Source: an uncultured Acidobacteriota bacterium
Lineage (GTDB): Bacteria; Acidobacteriota; Polarisedimenticolia; J045
Reading direction: 5' to 3'
Length of the DNA stretch: 64,000 nt
Assembly (NCBI GenBank): GCA_964420365.1
Contig: CAYQTA010000094.1
Location: 100,514 to 164,513, forward strand
Within the stretch, counting starts at the first letter, position 1. Every line of letters starts with the position of its first letter. Below the pieces are notes generated by a model. That model was not told where the DNA came from and searched no databases. It saw only the letters and a program-made list of their open reading frames with translations. The translations under genes were made by a program, and so were the position numbers. This document shows positions 43,653 through 53,723 of the stretch, in pieces.

Positions 43653-46600
43653 ATGCCCTACGCCCGACCGCGCGGCGAACACCGCTTCGCCGAGACCGAG
43701 CGCCGCATCCTCGAGTTCTGGAAGGAGAAGGACGTCTTCCGCCGCTCCCTCGCCCTGCGGGAAGGCGGTCCCCGGTTCGTCTTCTACGAGGGTCCGCCGA
43801 CCGCCAACGGCCTGCCGCACAACGGCCACGTCCTGACCCGGGTGATCAAGGACCTGTTTCCCCGCTTCCGGGCGATGCGCGGGTACGACGTGCCGCGGAA
43901 GGCCGGCTGGGACACCCATGGCCTCCCGGTGGAGGTCGAGGTCGAGAAGGAGCTCGGCATCCACGGCAAGGACGAGATCGAGCGGTACGGCGTCGAGCCG
44001 TTCACGAAGCGGTGCATCGAGTCGGTCTTCCGCTACACCGAGGAGTGGGAGCGGTTGACCGAGCGGATCGGGTTCTGGATCGACCTCTCCGCCGCCTACG
44101 TCACGTTCCATCGTTCCTACGTCGAGTCGGTCTGGTGGGCGCTCTCGGAACTGCACCGGAAGGGTCTCCTCTACCGGGGTCACAAGGTCGTCTGGTGGTG
44201 GCCCCAGGGGGGCACGGCTCTCTCCTCCGCCGAGGTCGGGCTCGGCTACCGGGAGGTCGACGATCCGGAGGTGATCGTCCGCTTCCGCAGCCGCTCCCGC
44301 CCGGGGGTCAGCTACCTCGCATGGACGACCACCCCCTGGACCCTGCCGAGCAACGTCGCCCTCGCGGTCCGACCCGACATGGACTACGTGCTGGCCGAGG
44401 TGGACGACGGCTCGGGCGGGAGGGAGCGGGTCATCGTCGCCGCCTCCCTGGCCGAGCAGGTGCTCGCCGGGAAGGAATGGCGCGAGCTCGAGCGGTTCCC
44501 CGGGCGGGCCCTCGTCGGAGAGGCGTACGAGCCCCTCTTCCGCTACGCGGAGCCCGCGGGGGGAAAGGCGTACGAGATCCTGGCCGCCGACTTCGTCGGG
44601 GCCGACCAGGGAACCGGGATCGTCCACGTGGCGCCCGCCTTCGGCGAGGACGATTTCCGTGTCGCCCGCGAGAACGGGTTCGGCTTCCTCCAGCTCCTGC
44701 AGGAGGACGGGACCTTCCCGCCCGAGGTCACCGACTTCGCCGGCCGCTACTGCAAGGAGGCGGACCGGGACATCGTCCGGCTCCTCCGGGCACGGGGAGC
44801 GGTCTTCCGCGAGGGAACGTACCGGCACGACTACCCGTTCTGCTGGCGGGCCAAGGACGACCCGCTGATCCAGTTCGCCCGGCCCGCCTGGTTCATCCGG
44901 ACGACCGCGCTGATCGACCGGGCGATCGAGAACAACCGGGCCGTCAACTGGCTGCCGGAGAACATCCGCGAGGGCCGCTTCGGCGACTTCCTGCGGAACA
45001 ACGTCGACTGGGCCCTGTCCCGGGAACGCTACTGGGGCACCCCCCTGCCGATCTGGACCTGCTCCGGGTGCGGACGCGAGGTCGCCCTCGACCGGCTGGA
45101 GGCCGCCCTCGAGCGGAACCCGGAGGCCCTCGCGCACTGGAAGGAAGCCGTCCGGGAGGATCCCTCCCTCAGCGAACACCTGGTGGTCCACAAGCCGTGG
45201 GTCGACCGGGTCACCTTCCCCTGTCCCGGGTGCGGCGGCGAGATGCGGCGGGTCCCCGAGGTGATCGACTGCTGGTTCGACTCCGGCTGCATGCCGTTCG
45301 CCCAGTTCGGGTTTCCCCACCGCGGCCGGGAGGAGTTCCTTCGCTCGTTCCCGGCGGACTTCATCTCGGAAGCGATCGACCAGACCAGGGGCTGGTTCTA
45401 CTCCCTGCTGATGATCTCCACGCTGGTCTTCGACGAGGAGACCCAGCGCCGCTACGGCTTCGACCCACCCCGGCCCTACCCGCATCCCTACCGGACCTGC
45501 ATCGTCCTCGGCCACGTGTGCGACCCGGAGGGCAAGAAGGAATCGAAGAGCTCCGGCAACTACACGCCGCCCGACCTCGTGCTCGAGGGTTCGTTCCGCC
45601 TGGTGGTCGCTCCGCCCGAACGGCTCCCCGATCCCCCGCCGGGCGACGCCATCGTCCTCCTCCCCGCCCAGGTGAAAACCCTTTCCCTGCCGGCCGACGC
45701 GCGGGTCCGTCTCCGGAACCCGGCCTCCCCCGACCGGGTGACCGAGGCCCGCATCATCCCGGGCCCCGCCGGCAAGGAGGCCGTCGTCCTGGGGGACGAG
45801 GTCCGGGCGGCCCTCGGGATCGTGCCCGGCCAGCCGGTGGTCCTCGAGGTCCTCGACGATCCCCCGGGGGCGGACGCCTTCCGGTGGTTCTTCTACGCCT
45901 CCGGGCCACCCTGGAACAACACGCGCAATTCCCTGCGGGCGATCCGCGAGCGGCAGAACGAGTTCCTCGTCCGGTGGGCGAACGTCCTTCACTTCTTCCT
46001 CATCTACGCGTCGATCGACGGGTTCGACCCGGCCCGGGGCAACCCCCTCCGGGGCGGCGGGCTGCCCCCGTTCGACGCGGGAGAGGGGTACCGGCCGGCG
46101 GGGGAACGCTCGCGGATGGACCGCTGGATCCTATCCGAGACCGCCCTGCTCCAGCGCGAGGTGACCGGTCACCTGGAGGCCTACCGGGTTTTCGAGGCCG
46201 CCCGGGCCCTCGAGCGGTTCGTCGACGGCCTCTCCAACTGGTACGTCCGGCGCTCCCGTGCCCGCTTCTGGGCGGCGGGAATGGAGCAGGACAAGCGGGA
46301 CGCCTTCTGGACCCTCTGGGAGGTCCTGGTCCGCCTCGCCCAGGTGGCGGCGCCCTTCGTCCCCTTCTTCGCCGAGCACTGCTGGCAGACCCTCGTCCTC
46401 GGCGCCTGGCCGGGAGCGGACCCGGACAGCGTCCACCTCGCCGACTGGCCCGAGCTGCCCGGGTCGTGGATCGACCGCGAGCTTTCCCGCGCGATGGCCC
46501 TCGCCCGGGAAGCGGTCTCCCTCGGGTTGTCCGCCCGGGCGTCCGCCCGGATCCGCGTCCGGCAACCCCTGCGCGGCGCCCGGGTCTTCGTCGCGCGCGA

Positions 46601-47228
46601 GGAGGACCGGGATGCCCTCGCCGCGCTCGCCGAGGTGGTCGCCGAGGAGCTGAACGTCCGGCAGGTCGAGGTGGGCGGCGACGCGGAGCGGTTCGTCACC
46701 TGGAAGGTCACGCCCAACTTCCGCGCGATCGGTCCGCGCTACGGGAAACTGGTCCCCGGGATCAAGAAGACCCTCCTCTCCGCCGATGGTGCCGCCCTGC
46801 GCCGGCAACTCGACGAGCACGGCCGGATCCGGCTCGAGGTCGCGGGGGAGCAGGTCGAGCTCGGGCCGGACGAGGTCCAGGTGGTCCTCCAGCCCCGCGA
46901 GGGATTCGCGGCGGCCGGGTCGCCACGGGTCGTCGTGGTCCTGGACACCGAGCTCGACGAGGAGCTGGTCCGGGAAGGGCTGGCCCGGGAGCTGATCAAC
47001 CGGATCCAGTCGTTCCGCAAGGACCTCGACCTCGACTACGTCGACAGGATCCGCGTCCGGGTCACGGGCGACGACGAGATCGCGGCGGTCGTCGCGGCCC
47101 ACGGGGACCTGGTCGCCCGGGAAACCCTCGCGGTCGAGCTGGCGCCGGGGGAACCCGAGCCCGGGATGGAGACCCGCGAGGTCGACCTGGCCGGCCACGC
47201 CGCCCGGATCGGGCTCGCGCGGGCCTGA
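43653..47228 (+). CDS. ileS: Isoleucyl-tRNA synthetase (type-2 / eukaryote-like form) with an extra ~90-aa segment after the KMSKS-like motif
   Basis: 1191 aa: ...FYEGPPTANGLPHNGHV (HIGH region)...WTTTPWTLPSN...CPGCGG...WFDSG...GKKESKSSGNY (KMSKS-like)...GADAFRWFFY... Confidence 0.95.
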   Translation: MPYARPRGEHRFAETERRILEFWKEKDVFRRSLALREGGPRFVFYEGPPTANGLPHNGHVLTRVIKDLFPRFRAMRGYDVPRKAGWDTHGLPVEVEVEKELGIHGKDEIERYGVEPFTKRCIESVFRYTEEWERLTERIGFWIDLSAAYVTFHRSYVESVWWALSELHRKGLLYRGHKVVWWWPQGGTALSSAEVGLGYREVDDPEVIVRFRSRSRPGVSYLAWTTTPWTLPSNVALAVRPDMDYVLAEVDDGSGGRERVIVAASLAEQVLAGKEWRELERFPGRALVGEAYEPLFRYAEPAGGKAYEILAADFVGADQGTGIVHVAPAFGEDDFRVARENGFGFLQLLQEDGTFPPEVTDFAGRYCKEADRDIVRLLRARGAVFREGTYRHDYPFCWRAKDDPLIQFARPAWFIRTTALIDRAIENNRAVNWLPENIREGRFGDFLRNNVDWALSRERYWGTPLPIWTCSGCGREVALDRLEAALERNPEALAHWKEAVREDPSLSEHLVVHKPWVDRVTFPCPGCGGEMRRVPEVIDCWFDSGCMPFAQFGFPHRGREEFLRSFPADFISEAIDQTRGWFYSLLMISTLVFDEETQRRYGFDPPRPYPHPYRTCIVLGHVCDPEGKKESKSSGNYTPPDLVLEGSFRLVVAPPERLPDPPPGDAIVLLPAQVKTLSLPADARVRLRNPASPDRVTEARIIPGPAGKEAVVLGDEVRAALGIVPGQPVVLEVLDDPPGADAFRWFFYASGPPWNNTRNSLRAIRERQNEFLVRWANVLHFFLIYASIDGFDPARGNPLRGGGLPPFDAGEGYRPAGERSRMDRWILSETALLQREVTGHLEAYRVFEAARALERFVDGLSNWYVRRSRARFWAAGMEQDKRDAFWTLWEVLVRLAQVAAPFVPFFAEHCWQTLVLGAWPGADPDSVHLADWPELPGSWIDRELSRAMALAREAVSLGLSARASARIRVRQPLRGARVFVAREEDRDALAALAEVVAEELNVRQVEVGGDAERFVTWKVTPNFRAIGPRYGKLVPGIKKTLLSADGAALRRQLDEHGRIRLEVAGEQVELGPDEVQVVLQPREGFAAAGSPRVVVVLDTELDEELVREGLARELINRIQSFRKDLDLDYVDRIRVRVTGDDEIAAVVAAHGDLVARETLAVELAPGEPEPGMETREVDLAGHAARIGLARA

Positions 47229-47232
47229 GGCG

Positions 47233-47592
47233 ATGACCCGCGAAGATCCCGGGGGGCTCGCCCAGGTGGGCAGGGGTGCGACCGTGCACGGCCGCCTCGC
47301 CGGAAAGGGAGCCCTTCTCGTCCACGGCACGCTCCGGGGAGAGGTCGACCTGGACGGCGAGCTGGTCGTCGCCGCGGACGGCCGCATCGAGGAGGGGCGG
47401 GTACGGGCCGGCCGGCTGCGGGTCGAAGGCAGCGCCCACGGGGCGTTTCGCGTCCTCGGCCCCCTCGAGATCGTCGCCGGGGGAGCGGTCCGCGGCGAGG
47501 TGGAGGCGGCGCGGCTCGACGCTTCCCCGGACGGGCTCCTGGACGCCGAGCTCAGGATCGGCTTCCCCCGGCCCGGCCCGGGGTCGTCCTGA
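47233..47592 (+). CDS. Bactofilin-family cytoskeletal protein
   Basis: 119 aa: GATVHGRLAGKGALLVHGTLRGEVDLDGELVVAADGRIEEGRVRAGRLRVEGSAHGAFRVLGPLEIVAGGAVRGEV, a repeated G-x-V/L-x-G beta-helix pattern typical of DUF583/bactofilin. ATG is 5 nt after the ileS stop. Confidence 0.7.
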   Translation: MTREDPGGLAQVGRGATVHGRLAGKGALLVHGTLRGEVDLDGELVVAADGRIEEGRVRAGRLRVEGSAHGAFRVLGPLEIVAGGAVRGEVEAARLDASPDGLLDAELRIGFPRPGPGSS

Positions 47593-47701
47593 TCGTTCCC
47601 CGCGGCCCCCGTTTCCCTCAAGAACGTTCGCCTCCGTCCGATAGGTCCGGTGAACGCGCGGGAGTCGACCGGCTCCCGCGGGACCCCGGGCGGAGGTTCG
47701 G

Positions 47702-49096
<1,395 letters not shown>

Positions 49097-49230
49097 TCCC
49101 TCCCGCGCCCGCCCCCCCGCGCATTCCCCCGAGACGCCCCGCGAAGGAGCGTCCCGGGAAGCCGGGCGGAAGGCCGGGGGCCTCCCCGTCGCCCGGGGGA
49201 AGCCGGGAGGCGGGGTGCCGGAACGAGAAC

Positions 49231-49254
49231 GGGGCGCCTCCGCGGAGGCGCCCC
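49231..49254. terminator. Bidirectional palindromic hairpin between the convergent response-regulator gene and rpsT
   Basis: GGGGCGCCTCCG|CGGAGGCGCCCC is a perfect 24-nt palindrome in the 182-nt convergent gap. It is flanked by a T-containing stretch (GTTCTCGTTCC) on the rpsT side. Confidence 0.45.
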
Positions 49255-49278
49255 GGGGCATCGGTTCACCCGGCCGCG

Positions 49279-49557
49279 TCAGGATGCCTTCTCCGCGGCC
49301 AGCCTGTTGAGGGCCTGCTGCAGGCGGGACTTGTAGCGGGAGGCGGTGTTGTCGTGGATGACACCGGCCCGGGCGGTGCGGTCGATCAGCCCCAGGACCC
49401 CCGGGAGCATCTCCCGGGCACGCTCGAGGTCCCCCTCGCCGAGGGTGGCGCGGAACTTCTTGATGAAGGTGCGCATCCGCTTGCGCCAAAACCGGTTACG
49501 GAGCCGGCGCACGGCGTCCCGGCGGGCCTTCTTCGCGGCAGACTTGTGATTCGCCAT
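49279..49557 (-). CDS. rpsT: 30S ribosomal protein S20
   Basis: C-terminal 92 aa of ORF 49279..50325: MANHKSAAKKARRDAVRRLRNRFWRKRMRTFIKKF... Confidence 0.9.
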   Translation of the reverse strand: MANHKSAAKKARRDAVRRLRNRFWRKRMRTFIKKFRATLGEGDLERAREMLPGVLGLIDRTARAGVIHDNTASRYKSRLQQALNRLAAEKAS

Positions 49558-49698
49558 CGGGTCGTACCTCTCTCGCCATGGGTCCCGCGCGGGGCGGGGC
49601 CAGCGGGTCCGGGGGATTCTGCGGCACGCCCCACCCCTTGTCAAATCCTCCGCCGGGAACCCGGCGGGCGTGCGGCGGGCCGAGCGGGCGGGGTATCC

Positions 49699-50271
49699 TC
49701 CCCCACCATGGAACTTCCCCGCGGACCGAGACGACGGGACCTCGCCCTCGCCGGCGGGTGGCTCCTGCTCGACCAGGCGACCAAGTTCGTGGCCGAGCGG
49801 GCCTTCGCCGAGCCGGTGACGGTGGTCCCCCACTGCCTGCGCTTCGCCCTCAGCCACAACCGGGGGGCGCTCTTCGGGTTCCTCGCCGCGGCGCCCGACC
49901 CGTGGCGGGGAATGCTCCTCACCGTGCTGCCGGTGCTGGCGATCGCCGGGATCGCCTGGCTCCTCCTTCGCGCGCCGCTCCACGAGCGCTACGGCCGGAT
50001 CGGCCTCGCCCTGATCCTCGGCGGGGCGGCGGGCAACGTGATCGATCGGCTCCTCCACGGGCACGTGATCGACTTCATCGACGTCTACGCCGGCTGGGAG
50101 GCAATCGGACGTCCCCTCGTGCGCCTCCTCGGAACGAACCGCTGGCCCACCTTCAACGTCGCCGACATCGGGCTCACCTGCGGCGCGGCCCTGCTCTTCT
50201 TCGAGGTCTTTCTCCGCCGGTCCCCCCGGGACGGCGGGGACGAGGGAGACGGTGTTTCCGTACCTCGTTGA
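49699..50271 (+). CDS. lspA: Lipoprotein signal peptidase (signal peptidase II)
   Basis: C-terminal part of ORF 48736..50271, from ATG 49699: ...LLLDQATKFVAER...ALSHNRGALFGF...GNVIDRLLHGHVIDFIDV...FNVADIGLTCGAALL (LspA conserved Asn/Asp motifs). Confidence 0.85.
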   Translation, partial: SPTMELPRGPRRRDLALAGGWLLLDQATKFVAERAFAEPVTVVPHCLRFALSHNRGALFGFLAAAPDPWRGMLLTVLPVLAIAGIAWLLLRAPLHERYGRIGLALILGGAAGNVIDRLLHGHVIDFIDVYAGWEAIGRPLVRLLGTNRWPTFNVADIGLTCGAALLFFEVFLRRSPRDGGDEGDGVSVPR

Positions 50272-51097
50272 CCTGGGCAGGTGGACGCTCCCCCTCGTCG
50301 GGGAGGTCCACGTGGCGATCCCCACCTACGGCGTCCTGGTCGCCCTCGCGATCCTCGTCGCCTGGACCTGGTACCTGCGGAACGCCCGGGCGGAAGGGAT
50401 CGACCCGGACGCCGCGGCCGGCGTGGCCTTCTGGGGACTGCTCGCGGGAATCCTCGGGGGGAAGCTGGGCCTCGTCCTCGTCGAGCTGCCGCGCTTCGTG
50501 GCCCGTCCCCGGGACCTCCTGAGCCTGGAGCTCCTCCAGTCCGCGGGCGTCGTGTGGATCGCCCTCCTCGCCGGACTCGTCGGCTTCCTCCTGGCCGCCC
50601 GGGTTCGTCGGCTTCCCGCCCGGGAGCTGGTCGACGCGGCGGCGGTTCCCCTGCCGGTCGCCCAGGCGATCGGACGTCTCGGCTGCCTGGCCGCCGGCTG
50701 CTGCTTCGGCGGGCGCTGCGACCTGCCGTGGGGCGTCGTGTACCGGTCGGCCATCGCCCACGAGCGCACCGGTGTCCCCCTCGGGGTCCCCCTCCACCCG
50801 GCCCCCCTGTACGAGGCGCTCGGGAACCTGCTCCTGGTGCTCCCGCTCCTCCTGCTGGTACGGGCCCGGCGGCGGGCCCCCGGCGAGGTCTTCCTCGCCT
50901 GGGCGACCGGGTACGGGATCCTGCGCTTCCTCGTGGAGTTCACCCGGGGGGACCGGGTGCGCGGCCTGTGGCTCGGGGGAACCCTCTCGACGAGCCAGCT
51001 GATCTCCCTCGCCGTCGTCCCGGTGGCGGCCGGCACCTGGATCGCGCTCCGGCGCGGGGCCGGCGGCGCCGGCAGCCGGCAGGGGGATGCGCCGTGA
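50252..51097 (+). CDS. lgt: Prolipoprotein diacylglyceryl transferase
   Basis: 281 aa, multi-pass membrane protein with ...YGVLVALAILVAW...GRLGCLAAGCCFGGRCDLPWGVVY... (Lgt signature G-x-x-N-C-C-x-G). GTG start overlaps the lspA 3' end by 20 nt. Confidence 0.85.
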   Translation: MFPYLVDLGRWTLPLVGEVHVAIPTYGVLVALAILVAWTWYLRNARAEGIDPDAAAGVAFWGLLAGILGGKLGLVLVELPRFVARPRDLLSLELLQSAGVVWIALLAGLVGFLLAARVRRLPARELVDAAAVPLPVAQAIGRLGCLAAGCCFGGRCDLPWGVVYRSAIAHERTGVPLGVPLHPAPLYEALGNLLLVLPLLLLVRARRRAPGEVFLAWATGYGILRFLVEFTRGDRVRGLWLGGTLSTSQLISLAVVPVAAGTWIALRRGAGGAGSRQGDAP

Positions 51098-52119
51098 TCG
51101 CGCGGGACGACGGGGCGGCGGGAAAGGAGGCGGGCGGCACCCGCCACCGCCACCCGGTGCCCCCGGAGGCGGCGGGAGAGCGCCTCGACCGCTTCCTCGC
51201 GGCCCTCCATCCCGACCGGTCCCGCTCCCGGATCCAGGCCCTGGTCCGCGAGGGTCTCGCCACCGTCGACGGGCGCCCCGCGCGCCCGGGAGAGCGGCTT
51301 CGGGGCGGCGAGCTGGTCGAGATCGTCCTGCCACCCGAGCCGCCGGAAGACCGGATCGAGCCCGAACCGCTCCCCCTGGAGGTCCTCCACGAGGACGAGC
51401 ACCTGGCGGTCCTGGTCAAGCCCGCGGGCGTGGTCGTCCATCCGGGAGCGGGGGTGCGGGAGGGCACCCTGGCGGCGGCGATCCTCCACCGGTGGCCGGA
51501 GACCGCGGGGGTGGGGGGGCCCGGGCGCCCCGGGATCGTCCACCGTCTCGACCGGGGAACCTCGGGCGTGATCCTGGTCGCCCGCACGGCCGAGGCCCAC
51601 CGGGCCCTCCAGGAACAGTTCCGGGAACGGACGGTGGAGAAGCGGTACGCGGGAATCTGCTGGGGCCGTCCCCGGGAACCGTCCGGGCGGATCGAGCTGC
51701 CGGTGGGGCGGGATCCCCGGTCCCGCGTGAAGATGACGACCCGCGCCCGGGGCGGCCGCCCGGCGATCACCCTCTGGCGGGTCCTCGAGGAGGTTCCCGG
51801 CTTCGCCCTCGTCGAGGCCCGGATCCTGACCGGACGGACCCACCAGGTCCGCGTCCACCTGGCGGCGATCGGCCATCCCCTCGCCGGGGACGACGTCTAC
51901 GGGGGTCGCCGGGAACGGAGCGTCGCCGATCCCGTCCGCCGCGGGGCGCTCCGCGCCCTCGCGCGACCGGCGCTCCATGCCCTCGAGATCGCCTTCGATC
52001 ACCCGGCGAGCGGTCGACGGATGCGGTTCCGGGCCCCCTGGCCGCCGGACCTGCGGGACCTGTGGACGGTTCTCGGGGGGAGGCTGGTGCCGGGCGGGCC
52101 CGCGGAGGGCCAGCCGTGA
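51094..52119 (+). CDS. RluA/RluD-family 23S rRNA pseudouridine synthase (S4 domain plus catalytic domain)
   Basis: C-terminal part of ORF 50281..52119, from GTG 51094 (GTGA overlap with the lgt stop): ...RLDRFLAAL...SRSRIQALVREG (S4)...HRLDRGTSGVILVAKT (catalytic Asp motif)...TGRTHQVRVHLAAIGHPL. Confidence 0.85.
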   Translation: MIARDDGAAGKEAGGTRHRHPVPPEAAGERLDRFLAALHPDRSRSRIQALVREGLATVDGRPARPGERLRGGELVEIVLPPEPPEDRIEPEPLPLEVLHEDEHLAVLVKPAGVVVHPGAGVREGTLAAAILHRWPETAGVGGPGRPGIVHRLDRGTSGVILVARTAEAHRALQEQFRERTVEKRYAGICWGRPREPSGRIELPVGRDPRSRVKMTTRARGGRPAITLWRVLEEVPGFALVEARILTGRTHQVRVHLAAIGHPLAGDDVYGGRRERSVADPVRRGALRALARPALHALEIAFDHPASGRRMRFRAPWPPDLRDLWTVLGGRLVPGGPAEGQP

Positions 52120-53024
52120 GCCGCCGCCGTCCCGCGGACCACCTGCCCGCTCCGCGGCCGCCGGACGCCGGCCGCCGGCCGCCGCGGATCGCGCTGGCCG
52201 GCCTCGGCCGGGCGGGCTCGGCCCTCGCGGTGGCCCTGGCCCGGGACGCCGGCTGGAAGGTGGTGGCCTGGGACCGGAGACCGGCCCGGGTGGCGAGCCT
52301 CGTCCGGCGGGTCCCGGTGGAGCGGGCCCCCGGCCCCGCCGACCTGCTGCGGGCCGCCCCGTGGCTCCTGCTCGCGGTGCGGGACGAGGCCCTGGCCGAG
52401 TTCGCCGGGCGGTTGGCCGAGCTCGCCGGAACCGGCAGGCCCCCCCGGGTCGTGCTCCACGTGGCGGGCTCCCTCCCCTCGACCGTCCTTTCTCCCCTGC
52501 GCCGCGGGACGCGACCCGCCCTGGGCGTCTTCCACCCCGTGGTCTCCCTCGCGGGTCCCTCCTCCGCCGGCGCTCTCCCCGGGGCCTTCGCGACCGTCTC
52601 CGGCGACCCCGCCGCGGTCCGCGTGGCCCGCCGGATCGCCCGCGCGCTCGGGATGCGGGTCCTCCCGGTGGACGACGCGCGCCGGCCCCTCCTCCACGCG
52701 GGGGCCGTGATGGCGGCCGGGGACCTGGTGGCCCTCCTGTCGGGAGCGGAACGGCTGCTCGGCGAGGCGGGAATCCCGCCCCACCGGGCCCGGCGCCTGC
52801 TGGTGACCCTCGCCCGGAGCGCCCTCGACAACCTCGCGACCCGCGGGCCACGGGGCGCCCTGACCGGCCCGGCCGCCCGGAACGACCGCGAGACGATCCG
52901 CCGCCACCTCGAGGCGATCGCGGCAGCGCGGGACCTGGACCCCCGCATCGGCGATCTTCACCGGCTGCTCCTCGAGCTCTCCCGGGACCTCCTGGACGCG
53001 CCACCCGCGCCCCGGCGGCACTGA
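52116..53024 (+). CDS. Rossmann-fold NAD(P)-binding protein (DUF2520 / ProC-like oxidoreductase family)
   Basis: C-terminal part of ORF 51087..53024, from GTG 52116 (GTGA overlap with the rluD-family stop): ...RIALAGLGRAGSALAVALARDAGWKVVAW (GxGxxG)...TGPAARNDRETIRRHL... Confidence 0.55.
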   Translation: MSRRRPADHLPAPRPPDAGRRPPRIALAGLGRAGSALAVALARDAGWKVVAWDRRPARVASLVRRVPVERAPGPADLLRAAPWLLLAVRDEALAEFAGRLAELAGTGRPPRVVLHVAGSLPSTVLSPLRRGTRPALGVFHPVVSLAGPSSAGALPGAFATVSGDPAAVRVARRIARALGMRVLPVDDARRPLLHAGAVMAAGDLVALLSGAERLLGEAGIPPHRARRLLVTLARSALDNLATRGPRGALTGPAARNDRETIRRHLEAIAAARDLDPRIGDLHRLLLELSRDLLDAPPAPRRH

Positions 53025-53099
53025 CCCCCCTTCCTTGCCGCGGCGGGGACCTCCCCGTACCCTCGACGGCGGATCGAACCCTTCCGGAGGCCGTACCCG

Positions 53100-53705
53100 A
53101 TGCGCCGTCTCGTGCCCGTCTTCCTGCTCGCACTCGCCTGCACCATGCCCGCCCTCGCCCAGATGCCCGGGACGATCCCCCGGGACGCGCGGCGACCCAG
53201 CCTTCCCACCGTGACGACGGCGGGTCGCTTCGAGGGGACCTGGTTCCGGGTCGAGCCTCGGCACCGGATCGCGCTGCAGGTGCGCCGGGACCGGAAGGAC
53301 GGGCGGTGGCAGGTGCGCCTCTTCTGGGATACCCGCGACGGGTTCGCCATCGACACCAACTGGGAAGAGGTCCACGAGTTCACCTACAAGGGTTACCCCG
53401 GCGTGATCGAGCTGCGCGTGGACCAGGAGCGCTCGACTCCCGAACGGCTCTTCCTCCACTTCCGGCGGGAGCAGGACGGGGCGCGGAAGTCCCACCTGCT
53501 GCAGGAAGGCGACGTGGAGCTGCGGCGCGGTGGGCGCACCGGCCGCAGCCTCGTCTGGACGATCGACGACTTTCACCAGCGGGTGACGGTCGGCGAGCCG
53601 ATCGGACCCTACGAGGAGACGACCCGGGACGAACACCTCTTCCAGTGGTGGATCTTCCAGAAGGAATCGGAGCGCCTCGTCCCGTGGGACGAGATCCACT
53701 GGTGA
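53100..53705 (+). CDS. Secreted Trp-rich hypothetical protein
   Basis: 201 aa: MRRLVPVFLLALACTMPALAQ (signal peptide), then GRFEGTWFRV...RWQVRLFWDTRDGFAIDTNWEEVHEFTYKGYPGVIELRV...LFQWWIFQKESERLVPWDEIHW. No family recognised. Confidence 0.55.
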   Translation: MRRLVPVFLLALACTMPALAQMPGTIPRDARRPSLPTVTTAGRFEGTWFRVEPRHRIALQVRRDRKDGRWQVRLFWDTRDGFAIDTNWEEVHEFTYKGYPGVIELRVDQERSTPERLFLHFRREQDGARKSHLLQEGDVELRRGGRTGRSLVWTIDDFHQRVTVGEPIGPYEETTRDEHLFQWWIFQKESERLVPWDEIHW

Positions 53706-53723
53706 TCGCCGGCAACCCGGGAA

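Noticed and set aside
43574-47236. A 1220-aa plus-strand ORF overlapping ileS in another frame.
   Set aside because: The ileS frame carries the HIGH and KMSKS-like motifs. The alternative frame is Arg/Pro/Gly-rich.
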